The notes under the pieces were generated by a model, which was not told the DNA's origin, searched no databases, and saw only the letters and a program-made list of their open reading frames with translations. The translations under genes were made by a program, and so were the position numbers. From a virus: 26,618 nucleotides of DNA. Location of the stretch: IMG/VR virus record IMGVR_UViG_3300022552_000376. One strand, 5' to 3'. Below, one piece after another: positions 15,467 through 23,884 of this stretch (position 1 is its first letter; the number at the start of each line of letters is the position of its first letter).

Positions 15467-15642
15467 ATATGCTAACCAAAGTTACAAAAGCAAGGAGGGA
15501 GTGGATTTGCTACAGATGTGGTAGGGTCATCAGAGTTGGCGAGAAATACATAAAGGTGATGTCGCCATTTCAGCGAATTGAACTCGGAATGGAGGCGATT
15601 TGTTGGGATTGTGCCACTCCTGAAGAGAGAGAAGATTTGTGA
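15460..15642 (+). CDS. Small Zn-finger protein
   Basis: KARREWICYRCGRVIRVGEKY ... CWDC. Confidence 0.7.
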   Translation: MLNMLTKVTKARREWICYRCGRVIRVGEKYIKVMSPFQRIELGMEAICWDCATPEEREDL

Positions 15643-15654
15643 GGTGGTGAGGAG

Positions 15655-15807
15655 GTGCTGAAAATAGGGTTTAAGGGCAGAATAGATGCTTCTACCTTGA
15701 GAGAATGCGTTGAGGCAATTCTTGCTGTCGTTGACGAGGCTCGCCTTAAGATAAGCGTAGAGTTGTGTTGCGTCGTTTCTGCTGTGGGTTTGGAAGGGGG
15801 GTGCTGA
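15655..15807 (+). pseudogene. 50-codon ORF resembling the N-terminus of a cellular euryarchaeal PCNA (fragment or mini-protein; not in ORF track)
   Basis: MLKIGFKGRIDASTLRECVEAILAVVDEARLKISVELCCVVSAVGLEGGC versus the recalled pattern MFKAxIxAxxLKDxIxAxxxLVDEARFxI. Confidence 0.6.
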
Positions 15808-15810
15808 AGG

Positions 15811-16110
15811 ATGAGGATATGTTGGGAGAAGAGAGAAGAGATTGAGAGATTGAGTAAGATGCCAATAGACTACTTAGAGGGAAAGATTAAGGATTGTGCG
15901 GAGAAAATAGCAAATGCCCTACTCAATAACAAAATCCAAGAGGCAAATTCATGGATGGAGCAGGCAAAATTGTATGCTTATGCAAGAAAGGAGAAACTAA
16001 AGGTGGAGCAAGTAAAGTTACATGTCAAAAAAGGAAGGAAGAAGTGGGAGAAATTAATGGGAAGAGAGGATGTTAAATGGGAGGATTTGGAAGAGGTGGA
16101 AGGGAGGTGA
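15811..16110 (+). CDS. Hypothetical helical protein (99 aa)
   Basis: Clean ORF in the operon. Confidence 0.7.
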   Translation: MRICWEKREEIERLSKMPIDYLEGKIKDCAEKIANALLNNKIQEANSWMEQAKLYAYARKEKLKVEQVKLHVKKGRKKWEKLMGREDVKWEDLEEVEGR

Positions 16111-16116
16111 TGCATA

Positions 16117-16371
16117 ATGGAAGGGTTTATGGAAGATGTTTTTCCTCTCTGTGAGATGATTATGGAAGAGTGCAGAAGAGAGAGGAAGAAAGAAGAGATT
16201 GTGAGGATATTCTCATTTGTGCCAGAGCAAGTGATTAACACAATACTTGAATTCCTCTGTCAAACTGAATTCTTGAAAAAGGAGGGAGAGAAGTATAAAC
16301 TCACCAAAACAGGAAAGGCATTCCTTGATTTACCTATGCCAGAAGGAGGTGATGAGTTTGATGCAAATTAA
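16117..16371 (+). CDS. Small winged-helix protein
   Basis: C-terminal wing ILEFLCQTEFLKKEGEKYKLTKTGKAFL; SD GGAGGTGA upstream. Confidence 0.65.
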   Translation: MEGFMEDVFPLCEMIMEECRRERKKEEIVRIFSFVPEQVINTILEFLCQTEFLKKEGEKYKLTKTGKAFLDLPMPEGGDEFDAN

Positions 16372-16765
16372 TCCAAAGGAGGTGGTAGAGAAAGGTTATC
16401 TCAAACTCTCTCCTTATAGCAAAGTTCAGCAAGTTGGAATTGATTTGTCAATTGAAGCAGGAGTGGAAGTGAGGAAGCATAGATGGCAGTTAGTGCGAGT
16501 GAATGAGGAATTCCACCTTCCTTCAGATGTCTTTGCTCTACTGTTTCCACGAAGCACGATGTTCAGGTGGGGTTTGATTGTGGAGTGTGGTGTTGTTGAA
16601 CCTGGGTATGAGGGAAGACCAGTGGTAGTAATACATGCAACATCTCTAAATGCAGGAGAAGAAGGCATAATCCTCAACAAAGGTCAGAGAATTGTGCAAG
16701 CAATTTTCTTCAAAGCAAACTCCGCTTCAACATACAACGGAAGTTATCAAGGTGAGGGGTTGTGA
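16361..16765 (+). CDS. dut: Trimeric dUTPase / dCTP-deaminase superfamily protein (probably dUTPase)
   Basis: QQVGIDL, PRSTMFRWGL, GVVEPGYEG, GQRIVQ, YNGSYQ; lacks the deaminase H-x-T-A-G and catalytic Glu pattern. Confidence 0.8.
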   Translation: MQINPKEVVEKGYLKLSPYSKVQQVGIDLSIEAGVEVRKHRWQLVRVNEEFHLPSDVFALLFPRSTMFRWGLIVECGVVEPGYEGRPVVVIHATSLNAGEEGIILNKGQRIVQAIFFKANSASTYNGSYQGEGL

Positions 16766-16917
16766 GTGATGTGGAGCAAGTTAAGTTTGTTATTGCATAT
16801 CTGAAAGGTTTGTTGAGAGATGCAAAGAGAAGAGGAGATGAGGAGGAGGCGATGTATATTGAAGAAGTTATCGGAGTTTATGAGGCGAGATTACAATCTC
16901 AAAACAATAATAACTGA
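16762..16917 (+). CDS. Small hypothetical protein (51 aa, not in ORF track)
   Basis: GTGA overlap with the dut stop and SD GGTGAGG; MSDVEQVKFVIAYLKGLLRDAKRRGDEEEAMYIEEVIGVYEARLQSQNNNN. Confidence 0.5.
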   Translation: MSDVEQVKFVIAYLKGLLRDAKRRGDEEEAMYIEEVIGVYEARLQSQNNNN

Positions 16918-17125
16918 AGAGTGCTGTGAGTTGGTGAGAGTGGAAGTGATTTGTTTCACAGCAAACACATCATTTCCACTCCTCACACTCTCATATAACA
17001 AATGCACAAAACACTTTGTTCTTGCAATTGAGAGGAGATTTGTCACACAGAAATCAACACTTCAGGCTCTAACTGAAGCGTTAGAGAAAGTGAAGAAGGT
17101 GATGAAAGATGGTAAGGTGGAGTGA
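16820..17125 (+). CDS. Hypothetical protein (start uncertain; overlaps the preceding small ORF)
   Basis: From the ORF track; overlaps 16762-16917 by up to 98 nt. Confidence 0.5.
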   Translation: MQREEEMRRRRCILKKLSEFMRRDYNLKTIITEECCELVRVEVICFTANTSFPLLTLSYNKCTKHFVLAIERRFVTQKSTLQALTEALEKVKKVMKDGKVE

Positions 17126-17324
17126 AGTGAGAAAGAGATTAGAGACAAAGGAAAAGTATATGTTTCCAATATTCTGCTTCCTGTTTGGTGTTGTTGTTGG
17201 GAGAGAAGCGACATTACAAGCAATAGCATCGCTTGTCTTTGCATTCACAGGACTGGGAATAATAGTGATGATTTACTACGCACTACTTCTCATATCAACA
17301 CTTGCATCAGTAAAGGAGAGTTAA
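17109..17324 (+). CDS. Small two-TM membrane protein
   Basis: Two hydrophobic stretches. Confidence 0.65.
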   Translation: MVRWSEVRKRLETKEKYMFPIFCFLFGVVVGREATLQAIASLVFAFTGLGIIVMIYYALLLISTLASVKES

Positions 17325-17329
17325 GGAAA

Positions 17330-17351
17330 TCTCTTCCTATTTTTCCTTTTT
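17330..17351 (+). terminator. Pyrimidine-rich intergenic tract, putative terminator
   Basis: TCTCTTCCTATTTTTCCTTTTT before the nrdD SD. Confidence 0.5.
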
Positions 17352-17370
17352 AGTAGGAGGTGATGTAAAA

Positions 17371-19152
17371 GTGAAAACAGTAGAGGAATACATCACCAAG
17401 AAGACATGGAGAGTGCATGAGAATGCCAACCGCATACCAAGTATAGGTGGGCTGAAGACATACATAGCGGAGAAGATAATTGCAAAATACACTCTCTCCA
17501 TTTATCCAGAGGAGGTGAGAAATGCACATCTACTTGGGCAAATCCACATACATGACCTTGGACACGGAATTGGAGGATATTGCAGTGGGTGGAATTTGCT
17601 TCAGTTACTGACACAGGGCTTCTATGGAGGAAGAGGCACGCTGAAGTCAAAACCTCCAAAGCACTTCACATCAGCACTTGGTCAGTTGCTTAACTTCATA
17701 GGAGTGATTTCGCAGGAGTGGGCAGGTGCTCAAGCAGTGAATTCATTTGACACTTTACTTGCACCATTCATTCACTACGACAAACTCTCATACAGGGAGG
17801 TAAAGCAAGCAATTCAGGAGTTTGTGTTTGGACTGAATGTTGCATTAAGGTTTGGGCATGAAACACCATTCACAAACATTACATTTGACATTACTACTCC
17901 AAGTGATTTGAGAGATATGCCAATAGTAATTGGTGGTGTGCCACAGGACAAGACCTATGATGAGTTTGAAAAAGAGAGGGAGATGATAAACAGGGCATTC
18001 TTGGAAGTGTTGGTAGAAGGAGATGCTGATGGAGCAGTTTTCCGTTTTCCAATTCCAACATACAATATCACAAAGGAGTTTGATTGGAGTAATGGATTTG
18101 CAAAGGTTCTTGCAAAAGCAACAGGGATGTTCGGCGTTCCTTACTTCCAAAATTGCATTAGTGGAGGAATAAATCCAGAAGATGTTAGAAGCATGTGCTG
18201 TCGCTTGAATTTGGATTTGAGAGAGTTGCGAAAAAAGACAGGAGGGTTGTTTGGCTACAACGATAACACAGGGTCAATTGGTGTTGTCACAATCAATCTT
18301 GCACAAATTGGATTTCTTGCAAAGGATGATAGTGATTTCTTTGAGATGTTGGATGAGAGGTTGGAGATTGCAAAGACAGCACTTGAAGTGAAGAGGAAGG
18401 TAGTAGAGGAAAACTTTGAGCGAGGATTGTTTCCATACACAGCACAATATCTTTACACACTCAACAATCACTTCTCAACAATTGGAGTTGTTGGTGGAAA
18501 TGAGATGTGTTTGAACTTTCTCGCATGTTCAATTGCAGATGACTACGGAAAGAAATTTGCAGTGAAGGTATTAAAGCATATCCGTGACAAAGTGAGAGAG
18601 TTTCAGGAAGAGACAGGACATCTCTACAACTTGGAAGCGACACCAGCAGAAGGATGCTCATACCGTTTGGCAAAGATTGACAGAAAGAGGTTTGGAAGAA
18701 AGATTATCACATCAGGAACAACAAAAGCACCATTCTACACAAACTCAACACAACTACCAGTGGATTGTGACTTTGATTTAATTGATATGCTCAAGCATCA
18801 AGAGGAGTTACAGACGCTATACACAGGAGGAACAGTCTTTCATGTATATCTGGGTGAAGGAATTTCAGAAAGTCAGTGTTATGAGATTGTGCCAAACTTC
18901 ATCACTTGGCTCTGCACAAGGTTCAAACTTCCATACTATACACTCTCGCCGACATACTCAATTTGCAGAAATTGCTCAAAGCGTTTCAGTGGAGAGGTTC
19001 AGAGATGTGGAGAGTGTGGAAGTGAGTGCGAAGTGTATTCCAGAGTGGTGGGATACTACTCATCGGTGTATGATGCATGGAACATAGGAAAGAGAGAGGA
19101 GTGGAAGAGGAGGAGGATGTTGAGTGTTGGAGAAATCACACCAACACTATGA
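17371..19152 (+). CDS. nrdD: Anaerobic (class III) ribonucleoside-triphosphate reductase
   Basis: ENAN, IHIHDL..YCSGW, QEWAGAQ, TPFTN, FPIPTYN, SMCCRL, TGSIGVVTINL, EATPAEG, YTGGTVFH, CRNC ... CGEC, glycyl-radical loop SRVVGYY. Confidence 0.96.
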   Translation: MKTVEEYITKKTWRVHENANRIPSIGGLKTYIAEKIIAKYTLSIYPEEVRNAHLLGQIHIHDLGHGIGGYCSGWNLLQLLTQGFYGGRGTLKSKPPKHFTSALGQLLNFIGVISQEWAGAQAVNSFDTLLAPFIHYDKLSYREVKQAIQEFVFGLNVALRFGHETPFTNITFDITTPSDLRDMPIVIGGVPQDKTYDEFEKEREMINRAFLEVLVEGDADGAVFRFPIPTYNITKEFDWSNGFAKVLAKATGMFGVPYFQNCISGGINPEDVRSMCCRLNLDLRELRKKTGGLFGYNDNTGSIGVVTINLAQIGFLAKDDSDFFEMLDERLEIAKTALEVKRKVVEENFERGLFPYTAQYLYTLNNHFSTIGVVGGNEMCLNFLACSIADDYGKKFAVKVLKHIRDKVREFQEETGHLYNLEATPAEGCSYRLAKIDRKRFGRKIITSGTTKAPFYTNSTQLPVDCDFDLIDMLKHQEELQTLYTGGTVFHVYLGEGISESQCYEIVPNFITWLCTRFKLPYYTLSPTYSICRNCSKRFSGEVQRCGECGSECEVYSRVVGYYSSVYDAWNIGKREEWKRRRMLSVGEITPTL

Positions 19153-19167
19153 TGCAGTGAGGCAGGA

Positions 19168-19192
19168 TTTATTTTACTTTCTTTCTCATCTC
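19168..19192 (+). terminator. Pyrimidine-rich tract after nrdD, putative terminator
   Basis: TTTATTTTACTTTCTTTCTCATCTC. Confidence 0.5.
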
Positions 19193-19207
19193 AAAAATGT
19201 GAGAGTA

Positions 19208-19363
19208 ATGAAGTGCTCAAACTGTGGAGCAGTAATTGCAAAGATTGAGGAAGGAATGTTTGACATTTTCAATTGTTCATGGAGATGTAAAAGATGTGGA
19301 ATGTTATGGCTTTCATCAGATTTATGGGTTATTGAAGGAGATGTGATAACACCATACAGGTGA
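19208..19363 (+). CDS. Small Zn-ribbon protein (51 aa)
   Basis: MKCSNCG ... CKRCG; the 19124 start would run through the T-tract. Confidence 0.6.
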   Translation: MKCSNCGAVIAKIEEGMFDIFNCSWRCKRCGMLWLSSDLWVIEGDVITPYR

Positions 19364-19370
19364 TGTAGAA

Positions 19371-21194
19371 ATGTGGAACTTGTATCGTGAAGGGAGTTTA
19401 GTGCCTCCTCTCATCTATTCAGATGGAAGAACACAAGAAGATGTTGTGCAAGAAATACTTGATATGTTCAAGGAAGGGAAGAGAATAGTATTTTTACATG
19501 GAGCGGTTGGAACAGGAAAGAGTGCAATTGCTCTCAATCTTATTTCTCATTTCAAGCATGGAGGAATTGTAGTTGTGCCAACAAAGATTTTGCAGAAGCA
19601 GTATGCAGATGATTACTGTAAGCGAAACAGGTTCAAAATCAGAAGTGGCAGAGGCTTCTTGAGGATTGACGAAATCAAGGGGAGAGATAATTTCAGATGC
19701 CTTCTGAAGAAGTGCTCAACATCAAGTCGTGAATTACTATGCACACGAAAACTCTCAAAGCGTGAGAGAAGAATTGATGTAGCAAAACACTGTCCCTTCT
19801 TCTCACCAATTGTTCATGGAAAGTTTAAGGAGAGAGCGGAGGAGGAACTTGAGTGTGAATATGAGAGTTTAGAGTATATTGGGTGTGATGGAATGATGCG
19901 AGCAGTGTTAAGGAGAGGAAAGAAGATTTGCACATATCACAGACAGTTCAAGGCATATGCTGAAAGTGATGTGATAGTAATGAATTCTGCGATGTGGCTA
20001 ACTGAAACACTTGGAACAGGGCGGAAGCCGTTGAGGGATATTGAAGTAATTGATGAATGTGATTTATTCTTGGACAGTCTCACATTTGAGAAGAGTATTA
20101 CACAATTTACATTCAGAAAGATGAGACAGGAAGTGCATGAGTATGAGAAGGAGTGCAGAAAAAAGTATTTTCAGCTGACATCACTTCAGGAGTTTGCTGA
20201 AGCACAAAAACAGATTAAAAAACTCTATCAGAGGATTGCTGATGTAGAAATGGACTTTGAGAAAATTCTGCTAAAAGGAAATTATAGTGGAGTTGCACGA
20301 GAGTGTGATGTCCTCTTTCTTGAGGAGTTTGCTGAACTATATCGTGAAGTATATGGTAGTGGAAGTGAGACACTTGAGTTTTTGCTTCAATTCTCAAGTG
20401 TGTTGTATGCAGTGGTGGAAAATGAAAAAATCACATTCTTTCTTCCGAACATGAAACTTGTGATGAAGAAGTTACTTGACCGTTCAGCAGAGCATATACT
20501 GATGATGTCAGCCACAATTCAAAGTGAGGAGGTGCTTCAGAATTTCTATGGACTTGAGAACTTTGGAATTGTGATAGGAGAGCCAGAGTTTCAAGGAGAG
20601 TTACGATTGATGAAATGTGGATGTGAGGAGGTAATAAATGCAAAGAAATGGAATGATGAAGAGTTTAAGAGGAGATATTGGAGCAGTGTGAGAAGGATGA
20701 TTAAGTTGGCAACATCACCAACACTTGTGCAAATCCATGCATTCAAGTATTTACCACCACAAATTCGTGAGAGTGTGAGAAAAGAGAAGAGTGTTAAAGT
20801 GGAGGAGACAACTTATTCAACAGTAATGACAAGAGGAGTGGATTTGAGGGATGACTTGTGCAGAAGTATTGTGTTGTTGAAGTGTCCATTTCCAGATTTG
20901 AATTCTCCTATTCTTCAGGCAATCAAAAACTATGTTGGTGAGAGTGTGTTTTGGCAATATTATCATGACATAATGAGAAGAAATCTCATTCAGTATGTTG
21001 GAAGAGGACTACGACACATGAATGACTGGGTAGAACTGTGGTCACCAGATAAACTTGTGCATACATTTCTAAAGAAATACTGGAAAGGAAGGATTGTAGA
21101 GTGTGATATGACAAGGAAGTTTGAAAAATCAACCTTTGACGAAAATTTTTTATGCTCAAAAGACAAATATCTTGAATGTGAAGGGAGGTGGTGA
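19371..21194 (+). CDS. XPD/Rad3/DinG-family SF2 helicase with Cys-rich (Fe-S) insertion
   Basis: GAVGTGKS, KGRDNFRC, multiple Cys, VIDECD, MSATI, TRGVDL, LLKCPFP, QYVGRGLRH. Confidence 0.9.
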   Translation: MWNLYREGSLVPPLIYSDGRTQEDVVQEILDMFKEGKRIVFLHGAVGTGKSAIALNLISHFKHGGIVVVPTKILQKQYADDYCKRNRFKIRSGRGFLRIDEIKGRDNFRCLLKKCSTSSRELLCTRKLSKRERRIDVAKHCPFFSPIVHGKFKERAEEELECEYESLEYIGCDGMMRAVLRRGKKICTYHRQFKAYAESDVIVMNSAMWLTETLGTGRKPLRDIEVIDECDLFLDSLTFEKSITQFTFRKMRQEVHEYEKECRKKYFQLTSLQEFAEAQKQIKKLYQRIADVEMDFEKILLKGNYSGVARECDVLFLEEFAELYREVYGSGSETLEFLLQFSSVLYAVVENEKITFFLPNMKLVMKKLLDRSAEHILMMSATIQSEEVLQNFYGLENFGIVIGEPEFQGELRLMKCGCEEVINAKKWNDEEFKRRYWSSVRRMIKLATSPTLVQIHAFKYLPPQIRESVRKEKSVKVEETTYSTVMTRGVDLRDDLCRSIVLLKCPFPDLNSPILQAIKNYVGESVFWQYYHDIMRRNLIQYVGRGLRHMNDWVELWSPDKLVHTFLKKYWKGRIVECDMTRKFEKSTFDENFLCSKDKYLECEGRW

Positions 21195-21218
21195 AGCAAG
21201 GCGTATGATGCGAGGAAA

Positions 21219-21560
21219 ATGAGGAGAGTTGCAAACTTCTTGAGGAATGTTGGTAGGAGTTTGAAGGAAGTTCTTACACACAAGAGCAAAGGATACAACG
21301 ATATGGTGATGATGGCAACAGCAATCATAAGCACAGTCGTTGTTGCAATAATCGGTGTTTACATTTCATCACAGATATGGAATACTGCGCAGTTGGACAG
21401 TTCCTCACCGTTCAACACAGCGATGAATGCTGCGATAAACATCATGAACACGACATTTCCGTTGATTGTCGTCGTTGCAATTGCTATCATAGCAGGTGTG
21501 ATAATGACATACCTACTTGGTGGGTTCGGTATTGCTGGTGGTGGTAAGAAAGGAGAATAG
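21219..21560 (+). CDS. Putative major capsid protein of spindle-shaped-virus type (hydrophobic helical hairpin with basic leader)
   Basis: Basic amphipathic ~25-aa leader, two long hydrophobic helices separated by a polar linker with an NTT sequon, short charged tail; followed by a strong hairpin/T-tract. Confidence 0.7.
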   Translation: MRRVANFLRNVGRSLKEVLTHKSKGYNDMVMMATAIISTVVVAIIGVYISSQIWNTAQLDSSSPFNTAMNAAINIMNTTFPLIVVVAIAIIAGVIMTYLLGGFGIAGGGKKGE

Positions 21561-21574
21561 GCAGTAAGACAGTG

Positions 21575-21620
21575 GAGGAGGGTCTTTTTGTCCCTCCTCA
21601 CATTCATTTTTCTATTTCTT
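21575..21620 (+). terminator. Hairpin plus pyrimidine tract after the putative capsid gene
   Basis: GAGGAGGG (21575-21582) / CCCTCCTC (21592-21599), then CATTCATTTTTCTATTTCTT. Confidence 0.7.
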
Positions 21621-21678
21621 CCATATCTTCTACATATCTACCCTCTCGTCAAACTTTTAACTTTTAGGTGATGAGAAA

Positions 21679-22008
21679 ATGAAAGAGAGAAATTATGAGA
21701 GATTTATTGAGATACTTACACCTCCGTCTGATATAAAACTTTTATGTCACATTTTCCAACTTTATGAGTGGGGAATAAAGGAATTCACCAAAAAAGATTT
21801 GAATTTGTGTAAAAATCTGGAAATATGGTCAATAAAACACTCTCTCCAAAGATTACAAGAGAAGGGATTTGTGAGAGTAAGAGGTATTGCCAAGCGACCC
21901 AATAGCAAGATGTGGATGAAAGTTTATGAACTGAATGAGGAAAATGAGATTGTGCAGAAGTTACTTGAGTTGTTCAAAGTTGTTGTAAATGGAGGTGAGA
22001 ATGTATGA
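21679..22008 (+). CDS. Winged helix-turn-helix protein, putative transcription regulator
   Basis: SIKHSLQRLQEKGFVRV ... KVYELN wing pattern. Confidence 0.75.
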   Translation: MKERNYERFIEILTPPSDIKLLCHIFQLYEWGIKEFTKKDLNLCKNLEIWSIKHSLQRLQEKGFVRVRGIAKRPNSKMWMKVYELNEENEIVQKLLELFKVVVNGGENV

Positions 22009-22241
22009 AAAATGTGTATGCAAAGTATGTGAGAGCAAGACTTGAACAAGGAAACTTGATTATTGAAATATCAAAAGATGCATTCAAGAATGATGAAGCA
22101 AAGAAGGAGACAGTGAAGGAGTTGAAGCAACTCATCAAAACCTACTTTGGCTTGCGATTTTTCATTCGCCTTTCAGTGGTGTATGCTCTCACAGCACTCT
22201 TCTGTGCAAGTGTTGCATTAGCGATTGTTCTGGTGAAGTGA
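22005..22241 (+). CDS. Small protein with C-terminal TM anchor
   Basis: Hydrophobic C-terminal ~25 aa. Confidence 0.7.
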   Translation: MKNVYAKYVRARLEQGNLIIEISKDAFKNDEAKKETVKELKQLIKTYFGLRFFIRLSVVYALTALFCASVALAIVLVK

Positions 22242-22242
22242 A

Positions 22243-23682
22243 ATGAGAAAATGGCTCCTTGCTTTGTTTGGAGTTGCAGTTGTAGTGAAGTTGGCAATTC
22301 TCTTCACAACACAGTTCCAGCAACCTTTAATCGTGATGGACGAGACACTCTACTTCCTGCAAGCAAAAGAGATTTGGACAAATCACACCTACATCCTTCA
22401 CAACAAAACATTTGGAGCACAGTATCCACCACTCTACCCATTACTTCTCTCGCCACTCACAGTGATTGCAGATGTGAACTTGAGGTATATGCTTGGACTG
22501 ACAGTGAATACAATCATTTCCTCTCTCCTCATCTTTCCTGTGTATGAGATTGCAAGAATGTATCTGCAGGAGAGGAAAGCACTTATTGTTTCCGCAATCA
22601 CAGCATTTGCACCAATCTCACTCACCTACTCATTTGTGTGGATGAGTGAAAATTTGTATTTCCTTCTTTTTGCATATTCAGTGCTATGGATTTTGAGGGA
22701 TGAGAGAGTGAAGGCAGGAATTGGTGTCGGATTAGCAACACTGACAAAAGTAATTGGACTTGCCCTTATACCATTCATGATTTGGAAGTTCAGGAAGCAC
22801 TCAATAGTGCCAGTAGTGTTAGCATTATCACTTGCCTCAATTCACTTCTTTCTATGCTTGAATGCAACAGGAGAAGCAACAGGCTATCATTATCATCCAC
22901 ACACACCTTCCTCACCATTCTTCATTCAGTTGTTTCTTGCATTTGTGTATTTGAGTTGTGCAACTGCTCCTGCTCTTCTGAACCTTGATTTCAAGAAGCA
23001 TTCCGATGTTATTGCTCTTACTCTCTCATACACAGTTTTAGTAGCATTTGCCTCACAACTTCCACTTGCACATGGAAGGTATTATGAGTGCTTAATTCCC
23101 ATTTTGCTCATTCCTGTTTTTGATGAATTTGCAAGGACAAGAGCAAAGACAATTACTTTGTGTATTGTCGCATATCTCTTCTTTGCTCTCCCAACACTTA
23201 TCCATGCAGACTTGGTGAATGCCTCACTAACTCTTCCCATAATCCTCTCAACGGCATCCACCCCTCTTATAGTGTTTGTGATTACTTTTGCTTTCCTCTA
23301 TGCCTACATTCTGACAAGGAGTGAGAAGTGGAGAAATGCTGTTGCACTTTCACTCCTCACATTCATTTTGATTGGGAGTTCAGTAGCAAATCTCTACGAA
23401 ATGCATAAAATCTCAAAACAGGAGAGAGAGTGTGTTGTGTTCAAGCAATTGAAGCAGAATTCAGGTGAAGATGTAGCATTCCTTGCAGACAAAGAGGAGT
23501 GGTGGGCAAACTACTGCTTATGCTGCTTCTATGCTCAACACTTCCTTCCTCTCGCTTCCTCACCTACCACAAAGTATTTAATAGTGGAAAAGAAAGGAAT
23601 TAATGAAGGGCAGAAACATATAGCAAGGCTGGAGAGGTGTGGTGAGGAAGATGAGGTGCTCGTTGTGGAGGAGGTGAAATAA
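22243..23682 (+). CDS. Polytopic GT-C fold glycosyltransferase (PMT/ArnT-like)
   Basis: MDETLY in the first loop, YPPLYPLL, SENLY, LATLTK, GRYY; about 11-13 hydrophobic segments. Confidence 0.8.
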   Translation: MRKWLLALFGVAVVVKLAILFTTQFQQPLIVMDETLYFLQAKEIWTNHTYILHNKTFGAQYPPLYPLLLSPLTVIADVNLRYMLGLTVNTIISSLLIFPVYEIARMYLQERKALIVSAITAFAPISLTYSFVWMSENLYFLLFAYSVLWILRDERVKAGIGVGLATLTKVIGLALIPFMIWKFRKHSIVPVVLALSLASIHFFLCLNATGEATGYHYHPHTPSSPFFIQLFLAFVYLSCATAPALLNLDFKKHSDVIALTLSYTVLVAFASQLPLAHGRYYECLIPILLIPVFDEFARTRAKTITLCIVAYLFFALPTLIHADLVNASLTLPIILSTASTPLIVFVITFAFLYAYILTRSEKWRNAVALSLLTFILIGSSVANLYEMHKISKQERECVVFKQLKQNSGEDVAFLADKEEWWANYCLCCFYAQHFLPLASSPTTKYLIVEKKGINEGQKHIARLERCGEEDEVLVVEEVK

Positions 23683-23683
23683 G

Positions 23684-23884
23684 ATGGTGTGGAACATTCT
23701 GTTGGAAGCATATACAAGGAGAGGAGAGTTGGATAAACTACATGCAATTGTAGAAGTAATTGAAGAGGTGTATAGAAAGCAATTGAGATACCTTGATAGA
23801 ATTTGGAAAATACTTGGTAAAGGAGGTGATGAAAATGAGATTGAAAAAGGAGCAGAGAGAGGAAATGAAGCAGAAGATTGTTGA
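23684..23884 (+). CDS. Hypothetical protein (66 aa)
   Basis: Starts directly after the upstream stop. Confidence 0.55.
   Translation: MVWNILLEAYTRRGELDKLHAIVEVIEEVYRKQLRYLDRIWKILGKGGDENEIEKGAERGNEAEDC

Noticed and set aside
15760-15850. Frameshifted full-length second PCNA
   Set aside because: The +1 frame stops immediately, and the +2 frame gives RRVVLRRFCC... with no DPANV or other PCNA motif.
5924-19152. Inteins or introns in RFC, PolB or NrdD
   Set aside because: Protein lengths and motif spacing leave no room, and no splicing or homing-endonuclease motifs were seen.
22251-22988. Alternative-frame ORFs inside the glycosyltransferase (22251-22547, 22782-22988)
   Set aside because: They are fully nested with no SD or motif support; the same applies to 14401-14598.
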